This document shows positions 16,273-26,475 of a stretch of DNA of 32,000 bases, piece by piece (position 1 is the stretch's first letter; each line of letters opens with the position of its first letter). The DNA comes from Acaryochloris marina MBIC11017 (GTDB lineage Bacteria; Cyanobacteriota; Cyanobacteriia; Thermosynechococcales; Thermosynechococcaceae): positions 5,400,001 through 5,432,000 of the forward strand of contig NC_009925.1 of the NCBI RefSeq assembly GCF_000018105.1. The letters are read 5' to 3'. Under the pieces are notes generated by a model, which saw only the letters and a program-made list of their open reading frames with translations, had not been told where the DNA came from and ran no database searches. The position numbers and the translations under genes were made by a program.

Positions 16273-17494
16273 GACAGTTTTTCAGCGCTTGCTGCAGTTC
16301 TTTGGCACTTTGGAACCGATGATCCGGATGGGGATGGGTTACTTTTTCAATAATGGCTTTAATCTGAGTGGGAATGCTGAGGATATTGGCCAATTCAATC
16401 CGATAGCCATGGCCCAGATTTTTGTAGAACTGCAATGGACTTTGCCCAGTAATCAAAAACAAAAGCGTCGCACCAATGCCATAGAGATCCGATTGAATGG
16501 TAGGACGGCCTAAGCCCTGTTCTGGAGCACTGTAACCCTCAACGGCAATCCGGGTTCCAGGGACGAGGCTTGCTTCTTTAACCGCACCAAAATCAATAAT
16601 GAAAACTTGGCTATCTCGATTCCGAACCAAAATATTACCGGGTTTCAAATCTCGATGAATAATCGGTGGGTCATGATGATGAATATAGTCCAAAATGTCA
16701 CAGGCCTGAATCATCCATTGCAGCACTTGATGTGGTGGCAATGGGCCACGTTGGTTCACCCACCGATCTAAATCTTGGCCATGAATCAGCTCCATCACCA
16801 GGTATTGCTTTTCATTCTCGGTAAAAAAATCGTACAAGCGGGGAATACCAGCATGCTGCAAGGATCTCAACATCCGCGCTTCCCGTTTGAATAATTCCTG
16901 TGCTTTAGGAATTTTTTCCATATCGGCATTCATTTCCTTGAGCACCTGAAGCTGTGGTTTTCTACTCTTATCATCCAGGTGCCGCACCAAGAATGTAGTT
17001 CCCATGCCCCCCATACCAATGACCTTCAACACTTCGTAAGGACCAATTGTCTGGAGAACATTCAGAGATTGACCACAATGTACGCAAAAAAGGTTGCCAG
17101 GTAAATTCCCAAAATGGGAGCAGGAAGAACTCTGAGAGCGAGTGGTTGCGGATTGACGTTTGGCTTCAATCTCGTGGGGAAGTTGCTGCTGAAATCTCAA
17201 AATCGGGCCTGTCAATCCTAGCTGAATAATCGTGTCATTTTTAATTTCTGTCTGGTTCGTCAGCTTCCCGTTTACGAACGTTCCATTACTGCCCAGACTC
17301 TTGATTTGCCAGGTAAAGGAGGACTCTATGTGTTTGATCAGGTGCAGTTCAAGGTGATAACGAGACACCAGTATGTCTCTGAGAACAATGTGATTATCGG
17401 AAGAACGGCCAATATTAATTTGCTTAGACGTGGTGAAGAGCCATTGTCTGATAGGAGCCTTATTAGTGGGATCAAGAAGGGTTAATGTAACCAC
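16268..17494 (-). CDS. FHA domain / zinc-ribbon / Ser-Thr protein kinase fusion
   Basis: The N-terminal FHA domain reads INIGRSSDNHIVLRDILVSRYHLEL ... GSNGTFVNGKL. A Cys pair motif CSHFGN..CVHCGQ follows. The Hanks kinase motifs are GMGGMGTTF, VLKE, HRDLKPGNIL, DFG and SAPE. Confidence 0.9.
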   Translation of the reverse strand: MVTLTLLDPTNKAPIRQWLFTTSKQINIGRSSDNHIVLRDILVSRYHLELHLIKHIESSFTWQIKSLGSNGTFVNGKLTNQTEIKNDTIIQLGLTGPILRFQQQLPHEIEAKRQSATTRSQSSSCSHFGNLPGNLFCVHCGQSLNVLQTIGPYEVLKVIGMGGMGTTFLVRHLDDKSRKPQLQVLKEMNADMEKIPKAQELFKREARMLRSLQHAGIPRLYDFFTENEKQYLVMELIHGQDLDRWVNQRGPLPPHQVLQWMIQACDILDYIHHHDPPIIHRDLKPGNILVRNRDSQVFIIDFGAVKEASLVPGTRIAVEGYSAPEQGLGRPTIQSDLYGIGATLLFLITGQSPLQFYKNLGHGYRIELANILSIPTQIKAIIEKVTHPHPDHRFQSAKELQQALKNCL

Positions 17495-17535
17495 ATTGCA
17501 AAATTAATCAGTCAAGGATTATGAGTAGGGTCCCG

Positions 17536-19635
17536 TTAATAGGTCTGGGAAGATCGCTGAGGTTGGACTCTCATCAGGATGGCAATGACCGTTATATTGT
17601 CGTGACCATTATGTTCGTTAGCCAGCATTACTAGCTCATTGACCCCTTGTTGCAAGGTAACTTGAGAGTTAAGCATGGGCAATAAGTATTGGTCACAGTG
17701 GACTTCCAGTAGGTGATTATCGGTTAATCCATCGGAACAAATCAACAATAAAGTATCTTCGGATGCTGTTAAGAGCTGGATATCTGGCTCTAATGCCTCA
17801 TTCTCTCTAGGTCCTAAGGCTTGAGTGAGTTGATAGGCATCTGGCCGGGCATAGGCCACTGCAGGATCGGTGCCTCGTTGAATCTCTCGTTGCCCCACCT
17901 CATGGTCCACGGTGATTTGCTCTAATCCGGATTGATGGGTCAAGCGATATAAACGACTATCACCGACATGAGCAATTTGAATATGCGTATCTTGCACCAG
18001 CGCCATCACTAAGGTGGTGCCCATCCGATTATTCCCCGCCTTCTCCTCATTCAGCTGAAAAAGAGCATGGTTCGCTGCATAAATGGCGTCCTTCACAATC
18101 GCAGTATCAGGGAATTCAGTCTGCCAATGGGCTTGAAAATATTGCGTTAGGGTCTCCGTGGCCAAAGAACTCGCAATCTCTCCCCCCGCATGTCCACCCA
18201 TACCATCACAGAGGATATAGAGGCCTTGACCAGACACATGATTCTGATGGGGATTACAAATTTGTTGCAGTCGCTGATCAATCGCAAAATAATCTTCATT
18301 ATGATGTCGATCTCGACCATCATCGGTTTGGCCTGCCGCCGCCAAATGAACCAACTGATTGGGTAGGATCAGGGTTGGCGCAGCACCAGTTTCAGCCCCT
18401 GAAGACTGGTGAGCCTGGGTGTGAGTTATAGAGGGCTGGAGGCTAGGCAGGCGCTGACTTAATTCATTTAAGTATTCCAGCAGCTCTGCTTGGGTAACAT
18501 TTTCAGCCGATTGCAAATTATCCAACAAGGGCTGAAATTGCTCTAAAAGAGAAGCTCCTAATCCTTGCAATAAATCTAACCAGACATATCTTAAATCGTC
18601 CCAGGTCGGGGATTGGATGGAGGTACTCCCCTTTTCGGACTTGCCGGGCCAGAACTGACCGGGTTCAAATAGGAGTTGCTGAAGGCACAGGATTTGTCCC
18701 TGATCGACTTTCAAATTTTCTTTGTTGAGAACACTAGGCAAGCATTGCCAGGGTGCACAAACGACTGCAAAGTTCAGGGTTTGCTCTAACCAGTACAGAA
18801 TTTGAGTGGGACTCGCCTGCCCCTCGGCAATGACTTCCTTTAATGAGGGTAAGTCAGCGCGGTTCTCTAATAAGATGACCGCCTGTTGTTCTGACTGCCA
18901 AGCATCATGAACATGAGGAAGTAGGAGAGGAAACTGTTGCCTCAAGGCTAAGTAAGGCTCTAGAACGATTGGGAAAGGTAAAGGCTGCGCTTCCAAAAAA
19001 CCCTTAATCGTTTCTGGTTGCCCCATGTCAGCGGGATTGATGGTTCCCTCTAGTTGGTTCAGCATGATCGCAAGAGGAGAAACCTGCAGTGGCTGCGTAT
19101 CTAGAATCGTGAGTTCGAGATTGCCATTCTCTGCCAGTTTCGGGTCTTGAGGCACCATTGATGCCAATAGCTGATATCGAGGGTTCTGATCCAAAAAACT
19201 CTGGATAGCAGGAGACAGAGATGGAATCTTTGAGTCACTCGACTGCTGTAACACTGCTGTCGAGGAACCAGAGGAACTGAGTTCCACAGTATCTATTTCT
19301 CCATCAGACTGATCACCCACTAAGCGTTCAATTGAGTCTAATAGCTCTTCTGTTGAAGGCTCCTCATCCAAAAGGGCAACAGATTCTCCCATAGGAATCG
19401 TCTCGACTGCAGACAGCTCTGCCATGGTGGGGGATGGGTCGAGGTTAGGCAGTGGGGTAATTAGCGTCCACCAGATTGTGCCGGTTAAATGATCACATTG
19501 GGGACAGTGAGTCACCTCAAAATCTACTAAATGTCCACAATTTGCACAGTGTTTTTGAGTCAGGGAAGTGCCACATTGTTGACAGAAACGATGATCGTCA
19601 ATGTTGTGATAATTACACTGGGGACATTTAATCAT
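17536..19635 (-). CDS. double zinc-ribbon protein with C-terminal PP2C-family Ser/Thr phosphatase domain
   Basis: The N-terminus carries CPQC..CQQCG and CANCG..CPQC. The C-terminal PP2C motifs are HHNEDYF, LCDGMGGHAGGE, HVGDSRLY, CSDGLTD and GHDNITV. The gene ends 41 nt upstream of the kinase gene, so the two probably form an operon. Confidence 0.9.
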   Translation of the reverse strand: MIKCPQCNYHNIDDHRFCQQCGTSLTQKHCANCGHLVDFEVTHCPQCDHLTGTIWWTLITPLPNLDPSPTMAELSAVETIPMGESVALLDEEPSTEELLDSIERLVGDQSDGEIDTVELSSSGSSTAVLQQSSDSKIPSLSPAIQSFLDQNPRYQLLASMVPQDPKLAENGNLELTILDTQPLQVSPLAIMLNQLEGTINPADMGQPETIKGFLEAQPLPFPIVLEPYLALRQQFPLLLPHVHDAWQSEQQAVILLENRADLPSLKEVIAEGQASPTQILYWLEQTLNFAVVCAPWQCLPSVLNKENLKVDQGQILCLQQLLFEPGQFWPGKSEKGSTSIQSPTWDDLRYVWLDLLQGLGASLLEQFQPLLDNLQSAENVTQAELLEYLNELSQRLPSLQPSITHTQAHQSSGAETGAAPTLILPNQLVHLAAAGQTDDGRDRHHNEDYFAIDQRLQQICNPHQNHVSGQGLYILCDGMGGHAGGEIASSLATETLTQYFQAHWQTEFPDTAIVKDAIYAANHALFQLNEEKAGNNRMGTTLVMALVQDTHIQIAHVGDSRLYRLTHQSGLEQITVDHEVGQREIQRGTDPAVAYARPDAYQLTQALGPRENEALEPDIQLLTASEDTLLLICSDGLTDNHLLEVHCDQYLLPMLNSQVTLQQGVNELVMLANEHNGHDNITVIAILMRVQPQRSSQTY

Positions 19636-19864
19636 CCGTAAAAAATTAGTTTGCCTAGAATGGCGGACAGTAACTATGGCAATGGTAACTAGTAATTAGA
19701 GGCTTGCACTCCGCTAAATTACGGAAGTTATTGTTACATTTGCTGTGACAAAATATAGCCTGTTATTGAGTGATCCCACTATACAACTCACAATTATCTT
19801 CAACTGTAGATTGAAATTTGAAATGTTTTTGAGTGTGCCGACGAATCGGGTTTGGTCTCTTGGG

Positions 19865-20461
19865 CTAGAGACGAGATACATGGGTCAGGAATTGGAGTTG
19901 TTCGATTTCTGCGGGGGATAGGTGGCGCCATTGGCCTGGCTGAAGATCCTGGAGTTGCAAATGTGCGATCGCAACCCGTACCAAACGTAAGGTCGGGAAC
20001 CCCACAGCAGCCGTCATCCGACGAACCTGTCGGTTTCGGCCCTCATAGAGCGTCATTGTCATCCATGCCGTGGGGATATGCTTGCGAAAACGGACTGGTG
20101 GAGTCCGAGGGGGTAATAGGGGTGGCTCAGATAACAGTGAGGCTTGAGTCGGCCGCGTTCGATAGTTTCGGATCGTGACCCCCTGCTTAAGCTTTTGTAA
20201 CGCAATCTGATCGGGAATGTTCTCCACCTGAACCCAATAAGTCCGGGGATGTCCAAATTTAGGATTACATAACTGATGCTGAAGACCACCATGATTGGAC
20301 AGCAAGAGTAACCCTTCACTATCCCTATCCAATCGCCCAACCGGATAAATATCTGGGATCGGAATAAACTCTTTTAACGTTGGATGCGACGTTTCTTGTC
20401 GATCCGTAAACTGGCTAAGGACCCCGTAGGGCTTATAGAACAAGATATGTTGCCAAGCCAT
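19865..20461 (-). CDS. rRNA pseudouridine synthase, RsuA/RluE-like (no S4 domain)
   Basis: The catalytic motif is [15 protein letters not shown], with a RTYWVQV block. The 198-aa length without an N-terminal S4 domain resembles RluE. Confidence 0.88.
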   Translation of the reverse strand: MAWQHILFYKPYGVLSQFTDRQETSHPTLKEFIPIPDIYPVGRLDRDSEGLLLLSNHGGLQHQLCNPKFGHPRTYWVQVENIPDQIALQKLKQGVTIRNYRTRPTQASLLSEPPLLPPRTPPVRFRKHIPTAWMTMTLYEGRNRQVRRMTAAVGFPTLRLVRVAIAHLQLQDLQPGQWRHLSPAEIEQLQFLTHVSRL

Positions 20462-20703
20462 TGCTGTCCGTTAGATTTCAATTTCACTGAATACATCTGA
20501 CATTCCCTATAGGTATAGAACATCAGCGCTCGTTTCCAAACACCTCAAGTTATGGCATGAGCCCAGACCATTTCTAGGCTCCTTCAGTAAAGCTTAGTGA
20601 CAGGTATAGTCTTGAGACCACCATTTATATCGTGCAAATACATCTCCTCACCCTAGAAATCACTTAGGATAGGCTGGTGATTAACGCGTCTCAAAGGCCA
20701 TAG

Positions 20704-21678
20704 ATGGATCTGCTTCGCTCTCTTCCCCTGGGGCTCTACCTGGAACAACCCCGAACTTGGTTACATCGGCTTGATCCTAGAGTAAAACTAGCTTGGCTGA
20801 TGATGTTTCTGCTCACCCCATTGCTGGCAGATTTACCCTGGCGGTTTGGCTTAGTCTTGGGACTGATTCTCCTAACCATTTCAGCAACCATTCCATTACG
20901 GGTCTGGCGCAAGCAAATTGGCTGGTTATTGTTGTTATGCCTATTAGTTTGCAGTATTACCACCCTAATGCCTGATGGCTTAGCAGTGTCCTATCAACCC
21001 AGACTCCCGGAGCAAGAACTCACATTTACACAAGCCCCCACTACTCCCCAAGAAGACTCCCAACCCTGGTATCAACCCCTGATCTTCTGGCAGGGTTCAG
21101 AAGACAATCTTTCTACCCCCCTCCCTCAGCCCACAACCTATCAATATGTCCTCTTTCATCGTGGCCCCGTCAGAATCACTCGTCGTTCCTTAGAATTGGG
21201 GTTACGGTTGGGGACTTGGCTATTCACCTTAATCTATGGAACAACTCTATATCTCTTGACAACGGCCCCGGAAGAAATAACCGTTGCCATTGAAGTTCTA
21301 TTGCAGCCCTTAAAGCGGTGGCGTATTCCTATCACTGAAGTCACCCTAACCTTAACCTTAGCGCTTCGCTTTATGCCCCTAGTCCTTGAAGAAATTCAAA
21401 ATTTGATTCGAGCCATTCGTACTCGCGCTATTAATTGGAAAAAACTAGGCGTTCGGGGGGCCTTCCAACTCTGGCTGATGTTAGCGGATCGCCTCATTGA
21501 AAATTTGTTTTTACGAGCAGAGCAAGTGGCTAGTGCCATGACCGTACGGGGGTTTACCAGCCCAAACAACCACCAAGTCAGATGGCATCAACTCCGAATT
21601 CGGCTAATGGATCAGTTGGCGTTAGTTTTAGTCGTCTTGGTTTGTGGCTTACGGATCTGGGTCGGAACGCTTCCCTAA
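20704..21678 (+). CDS. energy-coupling factor (ECF) transporter transmembrane component EcfT/CbiQ family
   Basis: LHRLDPRVKLAWLMMFLL opens the protein and multiple TM helices follow. The conserved C-terminal ARG-type motifs are RAIRTRA and MTVRGF. A Pro/Gln-rich loop insertion is present. Confidence 0.8.
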   Translation: MDLLRSLPLGLYLEQPRTWLHRLDPRVKLAWLMMFLLTPLLADLPWRFGLVLGLILLTISATIPLRVWRKQIGWLLLLCLLVCSITTLMPDGLAVSYQPRLPEQELTFTQAPTTPQEDSQPWYQPLIFWQGSEDNLSTPLPQPTTYQYVLFHRGPVRITRRSLELGLRLGTWLFTLIYGTTLYLLTTAPEEITVAIEVLLQPLKRWRIPITEVTLTLTLALRFMPLVLEEIQNLIRAIRTRAINWKKLGVRGAFQLWLMLADRLIENLFLRAEQVASAMTVRGFTSPNNHQVRWHQLRIRLMDQLALVLVVLVCGLRIWVGTLP

Positions 21679-21700
21679 ATCAATACCGTTAATATCCGAC

Positions 21701-23113
21701 ATGGACGAATTAAAGCCTTGGTATTGGCGATCGCAGCCACTACTCGAACGTAGCGGTACAGATATTTTTGCAGCCTTATTTGGAGGGCAAGGGATCGCAA
21801 CCCTGCTCGAAAGCCCTTATCCCCATCCCCTCGGTCAATACTCCATTTGCGCAGGCGGCCCTCGAAGTGAGGCTGGCGATTTACGCTTATGGACACCAGA
21901 ATTAGGGCGAATCTTACCGTTCTTGGAACACCAGCTACAACTTAAAAAGCCTTTAGCCCCAGATGGAATCCCTGATGACTTGCCCTTTCAAGGTGGGTGG
22001 TTAGGGTGGCTGGGGTATGACCTCGCTTGGGAAATCGAACGTTTACCCCACCTTAAACCTGATCCCCTGCCATTCCCTGTAGCCTTTTGGTACGAACCTG
22101 AAAACTTTGCGATTTTGGATCATCAACAGCAAATCCTCTGGCTTGCAGCCAGCGATCCCCACCATTTAGATCACCTAGAACACCAGCTAGTATCCTACAC
22201 TCCACATCCAATCATTCCATCATTTAAGGCAATAGACTTTCAGTTTCTGACAAATCAAGTTGAGTATGAAGCGATGGTACGACAGGCCTTAGCCCATATT
22301 CAGGCTGGAGACATTTTCCAGGCCAATCTCTCCACTCGTTTTTCGGTCAAGGCCGACGCCGATCCCTGGCAGCTCTACCAGCAACTGCAAACGATCAATC
22401 CCTCTCCCTTTGCCAGCTATTGGCAAACTCCATGGGGATCGGTCGTCAGTTGTTCACCAGAACGGCTTGTTCGACTTAAAGGAACACAAGCCGAGACTCG
22501 TCCAATTGCTGGGACTCGCGCCCGGGGAATCACCCTCGAAGAGGATCAACAATTAGCTCATGCCTTAAAGGAGAACTTAAAAGAAAGAGCTGAGCATACC
22601 ATGCTAGTGGATCTTGAACGTAATGACCTCGGTCGAGTCTGTAACTGGGGATCAGTTGCCGTAAATGAATTCCTAGCCCTTGAATACTACAGTCATGTCA
22701 TTCATCTAGTTAGCAATATTGTTGGTACCCTGCGACCCAATCGTTCTGCGGTTGAGTTGATTCGATCAGTCTTCCCAGGAGGTACCATTACTGGCTGCCC
22801 TAAGGTCCGGTGTATGGAAATTATTGAAACGCTAGAACCTTATCGACGGAGTTTATTCTATGGATCCTGTGGGTATTTAGACTATCGGGGGCAGCTAGAT
22901 CTGAACATTTTAATCCGAACCTTACTGATTACTCCCATACATCCTCCTAGCAGTGACCCCAAAAGTTCCATCCAGTCTTCTATGATTTGGGGACAAGTGG
23001 GGGCTGGGATTGTAGCCGATAGTGATCCTGAGCAAGAATGGTTTGAATCTTTACAAAAAGCTAAAGCTCAAGTGGAAGCCATTCAAGCCGTAAGTTCAGT
23101 CAATCTAGTTTGA
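21701..23113 (+). CDS. pabB: chorismate-binding enzyme, aminodeoxychorismate synthase component I (PabB) / anthranilate synthase component I family
   Basis: The chorismate-binding domain blocks are GDIFQANLS, SPERLV, RPIAGTR, KERAEHTMLVDLERNDLGRV, FPGGTITGCPKVR and GAGIVADSDPE. The start is taken at 21701 (MDELKPW) to avoid overlap with ecfT. PabB versus TrpE cannot be settled by eye. Confidence 0.8.
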   Translation: MDELKPWYWRSQPLLERSGTDIFAALFGGQGIATLLESPYPHPLGQYSICAGGPRSEAGDLRLWTPELGRILPFLEHQLQLKKPLAPDGIPDDLPFQGGWLGWLGYDLAWEIERLPHLKPDPLPFPVAFWYEPENFAILDHQQQILWLAASDPHHLDHLEHQLVSYTPHPIIPSFKAIDFQFLTNQVEYEAMVRQALAHIQAGDIFQANLSTRFSVKADADPWQLYQQLQTINPSPFASYWQTPWGSVVSCSPERLVRLKGTQAETRPIAGTRARGITLEEDQQLAHALKENLKERAEHTMLVDLERNDLGRVCNWGSVAVNEFLALEYYSHVIHLVSNIVGTLRPNRSAVELIRSVFPGGTITGCPKVRCMEIIETLEPYRRSLFYGSCGYLDYRGQLDLNILIRTLLITPIHPPSSDPKSSIQSSMIWGQVGAGIVADSDPEQEWFESLQKAKAQVEAIQAVSSVNLV

Positions 23114-23492
23114 TTATTTAGAAGTAATTTCTTAAAAATGTGTTGGGTAAGGAGTTTAGTTTAAGACTGAGTAAATCTACTCAAAAAGCAGTCGACATTT
23201 CGCAAAGGACGTCCAGTATAATAGACGACAATTTCAAATTTTCTAGACTTGGCGAAATTTACGAAGAAAGCACAATCATCTTTGGAAAGTTAGTGATCTT
23301 TTTTTACTTTGACAAAATAACTTCATCTATTCCAAGTCACTCCATTATCAAGACCTGAAAACTGACATTGCTTAAAACTGCCCTATCCTTTAGAAACAAA
23401 GCTATTTAGACAGGACCCACAGCATTGTTCTAGGGAGTAGTTATCGTTCTATAAAATCACTCCTACTGCTTTGGCCTCTCCCTTACACGCGA

Positions 23493-23762
23493 ATGATCAC
23501 TGAAACGTATCTTAATCATCCAACTTTTGGTCTACTCTACAGTCTTTGCGTGATTGATGCTAAGAGTGCGTTGTACACCACACTTTATGCCCAACGGTTA
23601 TTTTTTTTAGTCTCCACATCTGCAGAGCAGTTAGAGTTTTCTCCCATTACTCGACAAGAGGCCAAAGTCGCCGTAGAAAGTCGTCTCAGACTCCTTAGGC
23701 GATCGGGTACTCGCCAAGACTACGACCAACTTCAGCTTGTTCACCAACAAACTTTTCAATAA
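23493..23762 (+). CDS. pipX: PII-interacting protein PipX
   Basis: YLNHPTFGLLY ... LYAQRLFFLV ... RLRLLRR matches the cyanobacteria-specific PipX. The 89-aa size fits, and the gene directly precedes a YggS-family gene as in the known pipXY operon. Confidence 0.9.
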   Translation: MITETYLNHPTFGLLYSLCVIDAKSALYTTLYAQRLFFLVSTSAEQLEFSPITRQEAKVAVESRLRLLRRSGTRQDYDQLQLVHQQTFQ

Positions 23763-24448
23763 TGCCTTCTCCGCAGCCATTGACCCTCAAGGATCGAGTC
23801 ATCTCTATTCAACGATCCTTGCCGGGATCCGTTCGCCTGATTGCTGTATCTAAATATATGCCGGCTGCATTGATCCGAGAGGCCTATGATGCAGGTTTAC
23901 GCGACTTTGGCGAAAGCCGGGTACAGGAAGCGATTCAGAAACAAGCAGAGCTACAAGATCTCTCAGAACTCACTTGGCATCTCATTGGTCACCTTCAAAG
24001 CAATAAAGCCAAACTGGCGGTTCGTCACTTCGACTGGATTCACTCGGTAGATAGCTTAGCTTTAGCCCAACGCCTCAATCGGCTGGTTGAATCAGAGCAG
24101 CATTCACCTCAGTTATGTCTTCAAGTCAAACCTCTCCCAGATCCTGACAAATTTGGTTGGACGTTTGCTGGTCTTAAAGCCGATCTACCTGCGTTAAAAG
24201 CCTGTGCCCATCTTCACTGGCGGGGATTAATGACGATATTACCGATGGGGTTATCGAGCCATGAAATCTTAAATGCTTTTCATGAAACTCAACAGTTAGC
24301 TCAAGACATTACCCAGCAGTTCCCAGAGGATTTCACCTTACATGAGCTGTCCATGGGGATGTCTAATGATTATCAGTTGGCCGTTCAGGCTGGTGCCACA
24401 ATGGTTCGAGTAGGCCGGCGTCTTTTCGGGGATCGGCCTCTGCCCTAG
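23762..24448 (+). CDS. pipY: YggS-family pyridoxal-phosphate homeostasis protein (PipY)
   Basis: LIAVSKY contains the PLP-binding Lys. HLIGHLQSNK and LSMGMSNDY are also present. The ATG overlaps the pipX stop codon (TAATG). Confidence 0.9.
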   Translation: MPSPQPLTLKDRVISIQRSLPGSVRLIAVSKYMPAALIREAYDAGLRDFGESRVQEAIQKQAELQDLSELTWHLIGHLQSNKAKLAVRHFDWIHSVDSLALAQRLNRLVESEQHSPQLCLQVKPLPDPDKFGWTFAGLKADLPALKACAHLHWRGLMTILPMGLSSHEILNAFHETQQLAQDITQQFPEDFTLHELSMGMSNDYQLAVQAGATMVRVGRRLFGDRPLP

Positions 24449-24946
24449 GCCATACTTCTATGTGGTGAGACTGATGACTAAATTCTGAACACTACAAACA
24501 AGAGGGTCTTCACAAGTTTTTCCGGGGCGAATCACTATTCTATTCAAAGAGACCGTATCCATCTGAATGACAATGCGAATAGGAAGCCTCTGTAAAAGAT
24601 GACAATTTCATAGGTTATGTAAAGGAAATGATTTCTTAATTTAAACTTTAGTTTCAACACTCGAATTGCTGATTTGCAATTAGATCATTGATGTATAATT
24701 CAATCTAAATTTTCCATACCATGGGATTTGTCGCAAAGAGCTGATTTTTTCTAAAGATCAATCTTGGTAATTAAGGCGACAGTGGTATTGACAAATCAAA
24801 CAAATCCAAGTTTGATGAGAAGATCTAAATTTAATAAAGATCTTTACGAATAAAATTCCTTGATGACCTTAGATCGAACTATTGCTCGGTCTTCTTGAAA
24901 TCAGGTTCTTCATACCCTCAAAACCTTCATAGATGGAGCCCAACTC

Positions 24947-25543
24947 GTGAGCAGTTTATTTGGCAGATTAAAGGATTTCGTCGGCATCCCAGAGTCGGAT
25001 GACGATTATGATTACGTTGATGAATATGACGAAATTCAAAACGATGGGTATTCGGATCATTCTTATTCAGCAGAGTACTCCGAAGAGCCCGTTGAAGTGG
25101 GTGAAACGTTGAACAGTCAATCTGAGAAAGAACAGGGGTCTCAAGTGAATTCTAATACTAGCAATGTTGTAGGTATGCCCGGTGCCAGCCGCTTATGGGG
25201 ATCTACCACTGAGGTTTTAGTGATGGAGCCACGAGCATTCGAAGAAATGCCTCAAGTCATCCAAGCTTTACGTGAACGTAAGTCTGTGGTTCTCAATCTA
25301 ACGATGATGGAACCTATTCAGGCTCAGCGAGCCGTGGATTTTGTGGCAGGTGCAACTTATACCATTGACGGCCACCAAGAGCGTGTTGGAGATAGCATCT
25401 TCCTATTCACCCCTAATTGTGTTCAGGTCAGCACCCATCTGGGTGTCGTTCATGAAGCACCTACTACACCTCATTTTTCACGTCCAACAACCACTGCATC
25501 TTGGAAAAATGATATGCAGATGAACCAGGCTATTGCCCAGTAA
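24947..25543 (+). CDS. sepF: cell division protein SepF
   Basis: A GTG start gives [13 protein letters not shown], followed by an acidic linker. The conserved C-terminal domain reads [29 protein letters not shown] ... [10 protein letters not shown] ... IFLFTP. Confidence 0.9.
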   Translation: MSSLFGRLKDFVGIPESDDDYDYVDEYDEIQNDGYSDHSYSAEYSEEPVEVGETLNSQSEKEQGSQVNSNTSNVVGMPGASRLWGSTTEVLVMEPRAFEEMPQVIQALRERKSVVLNLTMMEPIQAQRAVDFVAGATYTIDGHQERVGDSIFLFTPNCVQVSTHLGVVHEAPTTPHFSRPTTTASWKNDMQMNQAIAQ

Positions 25544-25656
25544 ATAGCCAGAGATGGCCACTTTGGGTTTTTCGAAAAACTAAATACAGCAAGGAATCTC
25601 GACTAAGCTTTGGTAGACTGGTGCATTGTTTCTGCCATCAGTTTAGGGGTGTTTTA

Positions 25657-26472
25657 GTGAGTCAGTTTCGCGATCAGCTTGGCATCATTGGCGGTGGTGT
25701 TATGGCTGAAGCCATTTTGTCACGGCTGCTTTCCCAAAAAATCTGTTCACCAAAGCAGATTCAAGTAAGTGATATCTCCAAAGAGCGATTAGAGGTTCTA
25801 ATCGGTCGCTATCAGATTCAGGGATCTACCCTTAATGATGCGGTTGCCTCCAACGCTCGGGTCTTGCTGTTGGCCATCAAACCCCAAATATTTGCAAAGG
25901 TCGCTGTTCCCCTCGCATCATCCATACCCGCTGGATGTTTAATCCTTTCTATTTTGGCGGGGGTAACTTTAGGGACGTTAGAAGCAGCTTTTCCAGGATC
26001 CCCTGTGATTCGAGTTATGCCAAACACACCGGCTACAGTTGGGGCTGGAATAGCTGCGATCGCAGCGGGTAACCATGCACATCAGACTCACCTAGATCTC
26101 GCTCATCAGCTCTTTGGCGCCGTTGGGCAAACGGTTACCGTACCTGAATCATTGATGGATGCAGTCACCGGGTTGTCGGGATCAGGGCCAGCTTATGTCG
26201 CCTTGGTGCTGGAAGCCCTCACGGATGGCGGCGTTTCTGTCGGTTTGCCTCGCCCCATTGCCGCTCAATTAGCCTTACAAACCCTTTTGGGTACGGCCAA
26301 ATTAGTGGATGAAACGGGACTGCACCCAGCCCAACTCAAGGATCAGGTTACGAGTCCAGGTGGTACAACGATCGCTGGAGTTGCGGCTTTAGAGCAAGCG
26401 GGACTTCGATCAGCCCTGGTCAAAGCTGTTCAGGCCGCTTACCATCGTTCCTGTGAACTTGGTCAAGGCTAA
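25657..26472 (+). CDS. proC: pyrroline-5-carboxylate reductase
   Basis: The Rossmann motif IGIIGGGVMAEAI and the RVMPNTPA and TSPGGTT motifs are present. The GTG at 25657 is preceded by AGGGG. The ORF-track start at 25621 (also GTG) is an alternative. Confidence 0.9.
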   Translation: MSQFRDQLGIIGGGVMAEAILSRLLSQKICSPKQIQVSDISKERLEVLIGRYQIQGSTLNDAVASNARVLLLAIKPQIFAKVAVPLASSIPAGCLILSILAGVTLGTLEAAFPGSPVIRVMPNTPATVGAGIAAIAAGNHAHQTHLDLAHQLFGAVGQTVTVPESLMDAVTGLSGSGPAYVALVLEALTDGGVSVGLPRPIAAQLALQTLLGTAKLVDETGLHPAQLKDQVTSPGGTTIAGVAALEQAGLRSALVKAVQAAYHRSCELGQG

Positions 26473-26475
26473 AAC

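Noticed and set aside
20462-20703. A cobalamin or other riboswitch upstream of the CbiQ/EcfT-family gene.
   Set aside because: No B12-box-like core or other riboswitch consensus is recognisable by eye in the 240-bp leader.
23140-23358. A 72-aa ORF in the pabB-pipX spacer.
   Set aside because: The composition is AT-rich and Lys/Ile/Phe/Ser-biased, as expected of random AT-rich sequence. There is a TTG start, a weak RBS context and no recognisable motif.
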